Shown here piece by piece: positions 24,128 through 41,489 of a DNA stretch of 64,000 nt. Both the position numbers and the translations under genes were made by a program. The first letter of the stretch is position 1. Every line of letters starts with the position of its first letter. Location: assembly GCF_000143415.4 (NCBI RefSeq), contig NW_003314271.1, positions 1,718,806 to 1,782,805 of the forward strand. Direction: 5' to 3'. The stretch is from Selaginella moellendorffii. Lineage: Eukaryota > Plantae > Lycopodiophyta. The notes beneath the pieces are model-generated. The model saw nothing but the letters and a program-made list of their open reading frames with translations, had not been told where the DNA came from and searched no databases.

Positions 24128-27100
24128 ATGAGCGTCTGGAACTACGTCGTCACTGCGCACAAGCCGACCAATGTGACGCACTCGTGCGTTGGAAATTTCA
24201 CGAGCCCCCACGAGCTCAATCTCATCATCGCGTAAGTCCCTGTTTAGCTCCTCTTGCGCTTCTCCTCTCACTCAATCATTTCCTCCAGAAAATGTACACG
24301 GATTGAATTTCACTTGCTCACAGCTCAAGGTCTCCAGGTACTCTTTCACGCCTGCTCTTTGTTTTTCGTTTAGTTCTAAGTGTCTCTCGTTCTCCTCCAG
24401 CCTCTTTTGGACGTGCCAATCTATGGCCGGATTGCAACCTTGGAGCTCTTCAGGCCTCCGGTATGAATCCTTCTCGTCTCGAATCTTTTCTCATTTTCTC
24501 GCACCACAGGGAGAGACCCAGGATGTCCTGTTCGTCTCCACGGAGAGATACAAGTTTTGTGTCTTACAATGGGATTCGGAGACGACGGAACTTGTCACGA
24601 GGTTACCTTGAGTTTTTCAAGAGCAGGTCTCATTTTTGTTTCCTGTTTGGACAGGGCAATGGGTGACGTTTCAGATCGAATTGGTCGGCCGACGGATAAT
24701 GGACAGGTTGCAGTGTAACTCTCTGAGTTCTATATGACGCATCATGTTTTGTTTTTGTCTTTCAGATTGGCATTGTTGATCCAGAGTGTAGGCTGATTGG
24801 TCTTCACCTCTACGATGGCTTGTTCAAAGTACGAACTTGCTCAGCGCTACTTCTTATAACTGACCGTGGCTGTGGTTGCCTGAATGAAGGTAATACCAAT
24901 CGACAACAAAGGACAGCTGAAAGAGGCGTTTAACATCAGGTAAGAATGTTTTTCCTGTGTGCAACGCGTAGTATTGTCAATCTTAGGCTGGAAGAACTGC
25001 AAGTGCTGGACATAAAGTTCCTGTATGGCTGCTCGAAACCAACAATTGCTGTCCTTTACCAGGTTCGGTTTCCTTCAATATCCTTTTAGGAAAAAACTTG
25101 GCGAATGTTTGCTTCATTTGACAGGACAACAAAGATGCTCGTCACGTCAAAACATACGAGATACAACTGAAAGAGAAGGACTTTGGTGAGGGGCCATGGT
25201 CGCAGAATAACCTCGACAATGGAGCCGGTATGCTTATTCCCGTGCCAACACCCCTTGGTGGCGTTATAATAATTGGTGAGCAAACCATCGTTTACTACAG
25301 CGGTTCAGCATTCAAGGCTATTCCCATCCGGCCTGTAAGTTGTAAAGCGAGCAAGGTTTACAGCAACTGATATTGTATGTTGCAGTCAATCACGAAAGCA
25401 TATGGGAAAGTGGATGCTGATGGATCACGGTATTTGCTCAGTGATCATACTGGATCGCTACATTTGCTTGTGATCACTCACGAGAGGGACAGGTTTGAAG
25501 ACGAGCTAGATTTTCTTATGGTATCAAATTTCTTGATACAGGGTACTGGGTTTGAAAGTTGAACTCCTCGGGGAGACCTCCGCTGCATCAAGTCTTTCCT
25601 ACCTTGACAACGGGGTTGTTTATGTTGGCTCCAGCTACGGGGATTCACAGGTGAGTCGACAGGATTTTTCTCCTTTTAAAGGTTCTGAAGTGGTTGTGGT
25701 GCTGCAGCTCATAAAACTGAACGCGCAAGTAGACTCTAGAAACTCTTATGTGGAGGTTCTAGAGAGTTTTGTCAATCTTGGGCCAATTGTCGATCTCTGC
25801 GTAGTGGACCTGGAGAGGCAAGGTCAAGGGCAAGTAGTGACGTGCTCTGGTGCATACAAGGATGGATCCTTGCGTATTGTCCGAAATGGTATCGGCATCA
25901 ACGAGCAGGTAATACTTTCCTTCTATGCTATGATATTCCTGTTCTAACTTTGCTGATATCACAGGCCTCTGCTGAGCTTCAAGGTATTAAAGGCATGTGG
26001 TCTTTACGAGCCACGTCCAAGGACGTCTTTGACATATTCCTGGTGGTCAGTTTCATCAGCGAGACAAGAATCCTGGCCATGAATATGGATGATGAACTCG
26101 AGGAAACTGAGATTGAAGGTTTTGATTCCGAAGCACAAACTCTTTTCTGCCATAACGCTATTCACGACCAGATTATTCAGGTACGAGATTCTAGACACCG
26201 CTGGATGGAATTTACTGGGATTTTTTATGCAGGTAACTTCGACTTCTTTGAGGCTGGTTGATGCCACTTCTCGACGGCAATTGACGGAGTGGAGAACTCC
26301 GTCTGCAGTTGCGATAAACGTGGCCACAGCCAATGCTTCGCAGGTATGGTGCAGTTAATCCATGTATGTACAACCAGCTTTGTTTAATAGGTTCTTCTCG
26401 CGACTGGTGGTGGAAATCTTGTTTATATTGAAATCGGTCGCGGGTCTCTGACGGAAGTGAAGCACGTACAACTCCAGAATGAGATATCGTGTCTGGATAT
26501 AAATCCGATTGGTACCGATCCCGATCGTAGCAATATAGCAGCGGTGGGAATGTGGACGGATATCAGTGTGCAAGTATTTTCTTTACCCAACCTTGAGGTT
26601 TTGGCGAAAGAAAGTCTCGGCGGTGAAATTATACCACGCTCGGTTTTAATATGTGCATTTGAAGGAGTAAGTTCACAAGACTTTTCTTGCCAACCGGGCA
26701 CTAATTTTCTCTGGCAGGTCTCATATTTGCTTTGCGCTTTAGGAGACGGCCATCTTTTCAATTTTCTGATCGACACCAGTAACGGTCAGCTTTCCGACAG
26801 AAAAAAGATTTCCTTGGGCACACAGCCGATCATGCTCCGGACTTTCAGATCTAAGAATGCAACTCATGTGTTTGCGGCGTCGGATCGGCCTACGGTCATT
26901 TACAGTAGCAACAAGAAGCTGCTTTACAGCAACGTGAATCTGAAGGAGGTGAATCATATGTGTCCTTTCAACTCTGCATCTTTTCCCGACAGGTCTGTTT
27001 CTAGTTCTCTTTTGTGAGCTCTATTAACAAGCTTTTGTTTGTCGTAATCAGCCTGGCAATTGGAAAGGAGGGAGAGCTCACAATCGGAACGATTGATGAT

Positions 27101-28383
27101 ATCCAGAAGCTACATATACGCACGGTGGCACTTGGGGAACACCCTCGCAGGATCTGTCACCAGGAGCAGACTCGGACGTTTGGCCTTTGCACCGCAAGGT
27201 TTTATAGCAACCCAAACGGGGAGGATCACGAAAGCCATTTCGTAAAGTTGCTGGACGACCAGACCTTCGAAGTTTTAGGCTCGTATAACCTGGACACATT
27301 CGAGAACGGCTGCACGATCATTACGTGCAGCTTCACTGATGACCCGGCTACGTATTATTGCGTTGGAACGGCCTATGCTCTACCCGAGGAAAACGAACCA
27401 AGCAAGGTACGAAGCAAATACTTTTCCTTAAGGTCTCTGCTGAGCTTCTTCTTTGTTTCTCTAGGGACGTATATTGATCTTCACTGTAGAAGATGGCAAG
27501 TTCCAGCTCGTTACTGAGAAGGAAACGAAAGGAGCTGTTTACAATCTAAACGCCTTCAACGGGAAGCTGCTAGCGGGCATCAACCAGAAAATCCAGCTCT
27601 ACAAATGGACACAGCGGGATAGCACTCGGGAGCTTCAGTCGGAGTGCGGTCACCACGGCCACATCCTAGCGCTTTACGTGCAATCTCGCGGAGATTTCAT
27701 CGTCGTGGGCGATCTCATGAAGAGCATATCGCTACTTCTCTACAAGGTATGCTCTTCGTAGAGAGTGTTTTCTTGCTTATGAACTGTTTACTACTTCACA
27801 GCCGGAGGAAGGAGCGATCGAAGAACGCGCGCGGGATTACAACGCAAACTGGATGACTGCTGTGGAGATCCTGGACGACGACATCTACCTCGGAGCCGAG
27901 AACAGCTTCAACCTCTTCACGGTGAGGAAGAACAGCGACGCTGCGACGGACGAGGAGAGAGGCCGGCTGGAAGTGGTGGGAGAGTACCACCTTGGCGAGT
28001 TTGTCAACCGGTTCCGGCATGGCTCGCTGGTGATGCGCTTGCCGGACAACGAGACGAGCCAGATCCCGACTGTGATCTTCGGCACCGTCAACGGAGTGAT
28101 CGGAGTGGTGGCCTCGCTCCAGCAAGAACAGTTCAACTTCCTCCAGCGGCTCCAGCACTGCCTGGCCAAGGTGATCAAAGGCGTCGGGGGGCTGAGCCAC
28201 GAGCAGTGGCGATCGTTTAGCAGCGAGAGGAAGAACGCCGACGCCAAGAACTTCCTCGACGGCGATCTCATCGAGTCGTTCCTGGATTTAAACCGGGCCA
28301 AGATGGACGAAGTCTCGGCAGCCATGAGCGTGTCCGTGGAAGAGCTTTGCAAGCGTGTAGAGGAGATGACGAGGTTACACTGA
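24128..28383 (+). CDS. DDB1: DNA damage-binding protein 1 (CUL4 adaptor), 19 exons
   Basis: [25 protein letters not shown]...; [26 protein letters not shown]; [14 protein letters not shown]; [12 protein letters not shown]; [14 protein letters not shown]. All introns traced as GT-AG. Confidence 0.98.
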
Positions 28384-28733
28384 GAAGTGTGTTGTGAGAG
28401 AGGAGTTTTATACTGTTGTAAAAATTCAAGTAATTTATTTACCTAAGAGAGAAGAAGATGATTTTTGTTCTTCTTCCTTTTAGGGTTTCTGGCTAGAGGA
28501 CGAGAAATGGAGAGCGAGCAATGCTTGGCTTGTCCGATTGCGTGCTTCGGCAGCGACCGCTGCGGCGATGTAGCTGAGGTAATCTTTGCATCGCATTTCA
28601 TTATCCAGCTATGCAATCCATATTTCCTAGGCGCTGGTATTTTGTCCTCATTCCTTCTTGCGTGGCCGGTGCATTCTCTAGGAATTTCTAGGCTTTGGAT
28701 TTCTTTCGCCAGGATTTCTTCCTTCAGAGGAGA

Positions 28734-32570
<3,837 letters not shown>

Positions 32571-33053
32571 TAAGCTTTTCAAGTTGATAGCTTCTTTCAG
32601 CTCACGCTCCAACGGCTTTTCAGGTGATAAATTGGAATAATCTCTCATACGGAAGTTTTGTACTTTGCACTGCATGAAGTAAGATGCGACAAAATGGCTG
32701 ATTTGTCCAGAATCTTCTGGCTAAATACTGTTTTGGCTACAGTTCTTTCTTTCTGCCTTTAGCCTTTTTCGCAGAAAATCTTTGGGCTCGGGAGGTCCCG
32801 GAAAAGAAACCGACTGTTCTGACAATTTCTAACAGGATCTTATCCCGCATATTCACTGGTGAAGTCAAGCACTAGGCCGCAAGGGCGCCAGGCGGTATGG
32901 AAGAGCTCAAAGACGCGCCTACAGGTATGCCTTCAGCATCAAATTTGCAATTCACAGTTTACTCTTCTCAAAGAAAATTATGTCTTGGCAGCTGAGATTT
33001 TGCTCCTACTTCCTCAATTGAAGCTCAAGCACGGCAAGAACTAGTTCGACGTC

Positions 33054-36000
33054 ATGGCAGCTGAAACGTTCTTCAAGATTTTCCTGCTGCCCTTTGCTCT
33101 TGCGGCATTACTGCCCTCTGCCGCTGCAGCTAATACAGATCCAGGAGATGGTAAGCAGATTACGATTGACGCTATAGTAATTTGCTGACTGTTCTCGCTT
33201 TTCTGTGTCCAAGTCCGAGCGTTAAACGCGTTGCATAAGAGTCTTAAAGACACCGCTGGAAGGCTGCAGTCCTGGAATAATGGAGACCCTTGCAATGACT
33301 ACTGGGAAGGCATCATATGCAGCGATTCGGATCTCTCAAACAGGACGAGTCGATCGGTGCTTGAAATGTAAAAAGTGCTTTGCTTTCTTGTTAAAAGTTT
33401 TAACTTTTTCTCTTTTACATTTCTTCTGCGTCAGTCACTTGATGAACTGTAATCTAACGGGAACTATAGCTCCGGAAGTCGGCGACATGGCCAACCTTCA
33501 AATCTTGTATGCTTGCTGTTACGTTTCTTAATTATAATCTGGTTGTTTTCTCGAGCAGAAACCTCATGTGGAACGGTATAACTGGAACCATACCCGCCAA
33601 TCTTGGCAATGCTGGAAACCTCGAGTTGTTGTAAGCTTAGCGGTTGAATCATCACTCTTCTCTCTTGAACATGTTTGCTGGACAGATTGTTGAATGGCAA
33701 CAAGTTAACCGGGACAATTCCTGAAGAAATTGGCAATCTGATGAACTTGAACCGGTTCCAGATTGACGAGAACCAAATCTCAGGGAGTATACCCTCTACG
33801 TTTGGCAATCTTGTTTCCATAAAGCACCTGTAAGGGAGTCTCTTGTGCTTCTAAGTTCTGAAAAGATCATCTTTACCAGGCATATGAACAATAACTCTTT
33901 GACCGGTATCATTCCTCCTGAACTAGGCCGGCTTCCAACTCTCTTCCACATGTAATTCTTGTTTTCTTTTGTGTGTGTGTATTCATCTTGTATATTGTTC
34001 TCTCTCCAGTCTCGCAGAGAATAACAATCTGAGCGGACCGCTGCCTGCGGAACTGTCAAACGTCGCGAGCATGCAAATCATGTGAGTTTCTCGATGTTTT
34101 ATCGGAGCTGATGCCTTGTTCTCGACTCAGTCAGCTTGACAACAACAATTTTGGCAATGCATCAGTTCCTTCATCATATGTCCAGATGAAACATCTTTTG
34201 AAATTGTATGTCTCGTGATTTTTATTGCTTCAGTTACCCGGCCACGCATTTTGCAGGAGTATGAGAAATTGCAACCTTGGAGGAATGCTTCCTGACATCC
34301 GTGGATTTGAAAATTTGGAATATCTGTCAGTTTCTCTTTTATCTCTGTAAGGAGCTCACCATGTTTTCTCTTTTATTCTGCAGTGACGTGAGTGGTAACA
34401 GCATGGGGGGCAATATTTCACAGTGGGTTCTACCTCCGAATGTAACAACGATGTACGTTCTCTAATCTCCTTGCTTATCCTTGATTGCTTTTTTTTTTCC
34501 TTGGTTAGAAACCTGGCAAACAACAATTTTGGCGGACAGCTTCCTTCGTCGCTAGCTCACGGTTCCAAGCTCCAAGCCTTGTAAGCCACAGTAGTCCCTT
34601 ACATTTTAATTCTTAAACTTTTTGACGGTCTTTAGGCTGCTGCAAAACAATCAGCTGAGCGGTTTAATTCCTATTGACTTCGTCAATCGTAACGTTACTT
34701 CTCAAAAGTTTATCTTGTCAGTATTGGGCTTACAAGATATCTTTGCGTCTCACACTTCCTTGCGCGGTTCTTTCGCAGAGATCTCAGGAACAACTTGCTT
34801 ACTGGGTTTGACGGGGATTTTGATGGCAACGTCGATGCTAATATGTCTATCAGGTCAATATCTCCGCACAAAACGCTTATATCTAAAATGCTAGCTTTCC
34901 TTCTTTCTCAGCCTGAGCGGAAACTCGCGAGTTTGTACTCGAAACAGCCTGCCAACGCTCTGTTCCCCAGAACCTCCTGCTCTGCAGCAGATTGACACGG
35001 TTCGAGACAATGTTACGAACGTTTGCACATCGCAGATTTGTAATACCGGAAGCGAGATGATTCCGGCCTTGGCTTATGACGGCAAGTGCAGGTGTGCTGC
35101 TCCAATTCAGGTGCAATGCCGCTTGAAGAGTCCTGGCTTCACTTTCTTCTCTTTGTACCGTCAACAATTCTCGGATTACTTGGCAAGGAATCTAAGTTTG
35201 CTACCGAGCCAGGTGTTCGTCGACCAATCTCTATGGGAACCCGGCCCGAGGCTCTTCATTCTCGTGAAAATATTTCCTCCGGCGACCACCGATGCACCTA
35301 GAGACAGGGAGTTAAACTCTTCGGAAGTTCTACGAGTTTATGAGAGGTTCGCCGGGTGGAAGATCAAAGACAGTCCGATTTTTGGCCCTCGCGAGCTGAT
35401 TGCTTTCATTGCCCCTGGCAACATAGGTACGAACCATTTATTAAAGTGTTCTCCTGCTAAAGCCTGGGTGTTTCCGATCAGACATTTTTGGATCTGGCTC
35501 GGGAGGCAAAAAGAAACACTTTTCCAAGGCTGTCTTGGCTGGAATTTTGGTTGGTGCTGTCCTAGCCACTGCACTAGTCGTGGGATTCACTGCCTTTAAG
35601 TATGCTTCGGGGCGTCGGTTCCTGGTATCACCATCGAAGAAAAGCCTTCGTAAGCGTGAGTTTGATTTAAATCCTCGAGTAATTTCGACTGATGGTGCTT
35701 CTCCCCCTCTTTTGTTTTTGGCACAGTTAGCAGAGGCACAACATCTGTCAAGATTGACAATGTGAAGGACTTTACTTTTCATGAGATGGGAGTGGCAACG
35801 GATTCATTCAGTGAAGCACGACAAATTGGCAAAGGTGGCTACGGCAAAGTTTACAAGGGAATTTTGGACGACAAGCAAGTGGTTGCTATAAAACGGGCGG
35901 ACGAGGAGTCTCATCAGGGGGAGACAGAGTTCTTCACGGAAATCGAGCTTTTATCGCGCATCCACCATCGAAACCTCGTCTCTCTCGTCGGCTTCTGTGT

Positions 36001-37028
36001 CGATGGCCAAGAACAGGTTCGTTCTAGTAGTTTTTCATACTTAGTTTCTCTTTATACAGATGCTTGTGTACGAGTATATCGGAGGAGGGAATCTTTCTTC
36101 TCGCCTCGTTGGTAAGTTTGACGTGTTTGTTTGCCGCGATTAACTTCTTCTTGCTTCTTTCAGAAAAACCTCCATTGAACTTCAAAAGGCGTGTGTACAT
36201 AGCGCTGGGAGCTGCGAGGGGCATCATGTATTTGCACACTGAAGCTGAGCCCCGGATAATTCACAGGGACATCAAAGGCACAAACATTCTCATCGGAGAC
36301 AGGGACAATGCGAAAGTGGCCGACTTTGGCTTGTCAAAGCTTGCTCCGGACGAGGACGGCGATGGCGTTTTTGGCCAGCTCTCAACCGTAGTGAAGGGAA
36401 CTCCGGTAGGTTGTGCTTCTTCGCGTGAGAAAGGAGGAAAGACAGTTCTCTTTTTGTTTCATGCATGCAGGGGTACCTGGATCCTGAATACTTCCTGACA
36501 CGGAAACTGAGCGACAAGAGTGACATCTACAGCTTTGGAGTTGTCATGCTGGAGCTGGTCACGGGAAGGCAAGCAATCTCGCACGGGAAAAACTTAGTCA
36601 GAGAGGTAAGCCAAGATCTCTCTTTGGTTTCCTTGTTGCATTGAGCCGGCTTGCATTTCTTTTCTTTTCGTCAGGTTCGAGCTGCTTATGAAGCTGGAGT
36701 AGCCTTGTCAATCGTGGATCCGCTCATGGGACCATATCCGTCGGAAGCCATGGAGCCATTCGTGAGGCTAGCGCTGACATGCTGCGCGGACAATCCAGAC
36801 GAGCGGTCTTCCATCCGGGGGGTGGTCCGAGACTTGGAAGACATATGGAAGGCAATGGCGAGCTGGGCTTACTCGTTCGACGACGATCACAGCCAGCCAC
36901 TGGGGACCAAGTCGGGCGGGTTTGATGTGTCCGAGGGCGATGCCGTGGCTGGATCGTCGTCGTCCGCCCAGGTGGACGAGCTCGACGTACTCTCGACGAA
37001 CAACATCGAGCTCGTGGCTCCAAGATAA
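33054..37028 (+). CDS. LRR receptor-like Ser/Thr kinase, LRR-VIII-1 type (copy 2)
   Basis: Signal peptide [32 protein letters not shown] exons, [27 protein letters not shown] segment, kinase GKGGYGKVY / HRDIKGTN / DFG; ends VAPR. Confidence 0.92.
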
Positions 37029-37405
37029 GCTGATGGAATACTTATACTTGACATCATGGCTACGAAATTAAATCCTGGCCATTGAAGGCGATCACATTAG
37101 AATCATACGACTTAGAGAAGAACATAAGATCCACAAAAAAAAAATTTAAAAATGACATAAGGTTTATTCATAAGTTTTTTTCAATCAATCCTATGAAGAT
37201 CGGGCCTAAATTATCTCTGATTCAAGCAAGAAATACATATGAGGAAAGTTTACACATTTATTTACGTGAACATGGGTGGCAGGATTCCCTGATGTAGTAC
37301 AGACAAATCCATGGTACCGTGATACATGTGGGACTCCCTCCATGAATTTTGATCGCTGGAAAAATCATCACATTGTTTATGATTGTAAGAAACCATGTGA
37401 AATTT

Positions 37406-38542
37406 CTAGGCGCGAAACAATGGGCACAGCAGAGCTCCATCGCCATAGCGCGGCCCGATCTTCCCCGGCTTGAGCGCTCCCAGCTCCGCGAGCTTGTACC
37501 CCTTCTCGAAGCTCGGCGGGCGATACACATTGACGTTGAGCGGGCGGAGCTCCTCCGGGCGAGCTTCCGGGTTGGGGCTCCAGTCCACGTCGATGCTCCC
37601 CTTGGCCCCCGCGACGCTCCTGGGCGGCATGAAGATCGACACCATCGTGCCCGACAGGAGCTTGAGCGCCGACAGCACCGCCCACTCGACGATCGCGCGT
37701 GGCTTTGGCAGCCCGGTGGCGATCCGGATGCGCTCGCCGATGAGCGCGCAGATGCCCGTCTCCACCACCGGCTGGACGCGGCGCGGGAAGGAGTCGAGCA
37801 CCAGGTGCTTGAGCTCCTGGACGATGGACTTGTTCTTCTCGTCGAATTTGGCGTACTTCTCCTCGAATTCGTCGATGTAGTCGCGCATCGCCTGGATGTT
37901 CTCCGGGATGTCTTTCAGTCCCATCCGGAGCCCAATGTCGTGCCAGAGCGTGTAGGACGCGAGCTCCTCGCGGGGCGTCCACGCCCGGAATCCAAACCTG
38001 CATTGATCAAACAATGTATACATGCATTGTGTGAGATCTATTCCAAGAACACCGGAAGAACACATCGAAAGAACCACTAACACTTACTCGCGGCAAAAAT
38101 CCATGGGCTTGACGACGTTCAAGCAGAGCACATAGACAAACTCGTGATTTGGGATCTTGAATTGGGCGTGGATGCCATTCAATCTCCTCAGCGCGTAGGA
38201 TCCACGGTCGCTATCGACGTGGTGGTGGAGGAACTCGCTCACCAAGATGTTGGTCTCGGCGGCGCGCTTCTGGGGATCCTTGAGCCCATACTTGGTCTTG
38301 TACAGGAGCTTGGTGATGGAGGGAATGCCCAGCGTTTGGATGGTGCCAAACTCGAGAGCTTTCTGGGAGAGAAATGGGAACTCCACCGCATAGAGATACC
38401 ACACGATCTTGTGCGCATCTCTTACGGGATCTAGAGATGCTATAAACTCTGCTCGCTGGCGCCTCAGATGGATGCAAATTCCCTTGTATACAACCAAGAC
38501 CAGTAGAGCAACACACCACAGCAGGGATCCTAGTTCCACCAT
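37406..38542 (-). CDS. MpaB'/rubber-oxygenase (Lcp)-like ER-bound heme oxygenase (DUF2236 family)
   Basis: Two exons (38542-38088, 37997-37406). N-terminal TM, EFPFLSQKALEF, GIPSITKLL, KRAAET, ALRRLNGIHAQF, FVYVL, WHDIGLRMGLKDIP, GYKLAELG. Confidence 0.82.
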
Positions 38543-41489
38543 AGCTTTGGATTTCCAATCTCTCTCTCTCTCTCCCAAGCTATGGGGATCTAAACTGAAC
38601 CTCTATCCTCTCTCAAAACAAATTACCAAGGGCCAGCATTTATATCTCCCAGTCGGAGAGAATCTGCAATCCCACGGCCAAGATCAATACCACCATAAAG
38701 ACCATCCTGAAAAGTTATAAATGCGATGCGCTAGGGTTTTATAAGACAAAAAGATGACGATGGAGGAATGCGAGCCGCTCGCTTGACCCTTTCTGGCGTA
38801 TATGTTTTAAATCGCCCTTCCCTTGTCAATATTGATCGGCGAGATACTATAAAGAATAAATCACGAATATTCAAATATAATCTAGGATATACCTCAATCT
38901 AACCTTTATTATGGTTTAAACTTTCTCTATCTTAAACCAGCAGCCAAGTTCAAAACTCGATGACCTCCAAAGTAATGTAACTAAGCTAATACATAAAATA
39001 TAATCATATTAACATAAGATTAACTTTGTATACTTATCATAATCTATTTGTATATATCTCACAATTATGATAAGCTAAATACCATAGGTTTCTATCCCCA
39101 ATGCACAAGTTGCTATCAAGTGGGATTTAAAGCACATTTATCCCATCTAAATTTCTTTATACATTTCTTCATCGGACGACAAACAATCATGGTAATTGTC
39201 ACTGTGGCATAATTGAACCCATCTGTCTCATGTTTCTTCAGAGTTGTTGCAAGACCTTGTAAGTAATATATAAATGAATGAATAAATAAATATTTTGCAA
39301 TAGACTAAGTAGTGAAAGCTTACAAATAAATAATTAAAATAAGCTTTAAAATTTTTACTTTCAATGCCATTGGCACTACCACTATTACTAATCTTTATAC
39401 CTTCAATATTCAACCATATCAGCTTGCTACATGTATCATGATTGTTAAATACATAACATTCAAAAACAAAATTTTATTTAGGAATAAAGAATAATTTTTG
39501 CTTAAAATAACATATCTTAAAGTAAACTTAGAAATCTATAAATTACCTCATATGGATAGAGTGGTGTTAATGTTAAGCTTATCCATAAAAGCCATGGTCT
39601 TTCTTAACTAAATTAGATGAAAAATTAACATATTTATAAGAGTAAAATAAAGAAAAATAAAGTCACCTGAAAATGATCATGAAATAAGTTTAGCTAATAA
39701 ATTTTATAATGTTTCTAACATGAAACAACATGAATCTTAGCTGAAAGCATGTTATAACTTTGAAATTCATATCAATTAGAAATAAAATATACTAATAAAA
39801 AATGTTAAAATTAATAATTAACTATGGATCTATAACAAATATTGATTTTCTCAAAAAAATAAAAATAATAATCAATTTATGTATAAAAATAAACAAAAAA
39901 ACATTACTCGATATAGATCATATATCACATTTTGCAAATGAATATAATAATGTCTCCAACTTAAATCAATTTAAATCACAAACATTCAGTAATTTGATTA
40001 AATATATTATAAAAACACATACATATATAGTCAATTAATTAGTAGGCAATGTATGTTATAAATTAATATATTTATGCACTTCAATATTAACAACAAAACA
40101 TAAGTGTATTATCATACAGTTTATTTTAAGATTTTTACTATTATATTTAGAAATTATGGACTACACTATCACTAAACATTTAGTGTAATAATTATGATAT
40201 TCACCAAAGTAAAAAATAGTATGATAATTATCAGAATACTAACACTTTATCATCATGAATTCAAGGAGTGTAAACTATTGCATTTAAACTTCATAGACTA
40301 ACACTATTTAAACCTAAAAATATTTTAATTCATATATTTTAAAACCTTTAACCAATAAAAAAAGTACATTAATTATTTCTGAGATTTTAAATATATATAT
40401 AAAATCTAATAGACTATCTTTCAAGCTCTTCAATTTAATTATTTAAAATGAGTTATAACAGTGGATACAATATAATTGTAATTAATTAATTAATTAATAT
40501 TTAAATTTTTATAAAAATATATAGATAGGTGTGGGACATGAAAGTGCCTCCTTTTATAATCATACTTGGCAATTAATGTATATATAAAACGAAAATGTAA
40601 TTATGTGATTAAATTTTTCTTTAAATCATAATCATAATATAATTATCTATCAAGTGATTAACTATAAGATGACTATATCCCTATTATATAAATGTTATGA
40701 GTAACATTAAAAGGAAAAAAGTCAACTCTTTGACTTAAATAAACCTTTATATACACCACAAATGGTATTGAACAAATATGGATTATAAATTTTGACTAAT
40801 GAATAATGCAAGTGTGGAGCTAAAGTTTATGAAGTATTCATCCCAAGATCTTTTATTCCACTTACTTCTGGAAGAAACCCAAATAATAATCTAGACATGA
40901 GAAGGTAAAGTTTTTTTTTATAATGAAAAATATTACTCATTAAAAATAAAATACTTTTTAAGAAAACTGAAAATAAATAGTAATTAATTTATATAAATAA
41001 AGTGGTGCTAAAGTTGTGTTTATGAAAATAAAAATCATAACATTTCTCATCTCAAAAAGAAGAAGAACTAAGATATTTATATGAGTAAAATTAAATAATG
41101 AAGTTAATAATATTTCCAATATTTAGCAATTTCAATTTTATGAAATAGATAATATTATAAATAAATAACAATTTGAGATATCACACCAATTTGAAATAAA
41201 ATATTATAGCATAAAATAAAAGTAATTAATAATTAATTAAAATCTTTTGTCCTTATGGATTAACACTATAACCTTTTTTAACAGAATAAAAATATTAATG
41301 TATTTATAAAACTAAACATGAAAATATAAAATAATTACTTTAATAAATCATGTTTATCATTAATACATGAACCCAAAAATATTTATATTATGCACTACAA
41401 ATATCAAATTATTTTTGGTAATGGTTTAGAAATAATAATATTATTCTTGATTTCAACTATAATATCACTAATATATAGTAATTTGAATT

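Noticed and set aside
37349-38080. Long antisense and alternative-frame ORFs over GC-rich exons (also 53021-53677, 54512-55222, 58614-59564)
   Set aside because: Shadow ORFs caused by high GC and few stop codons opposite real genes.
38800-41489. AT-rich tract with CACTACAA near 41393 as a possible CACTA end
   Set aside because: No matching opposite terminus or TSD seen.
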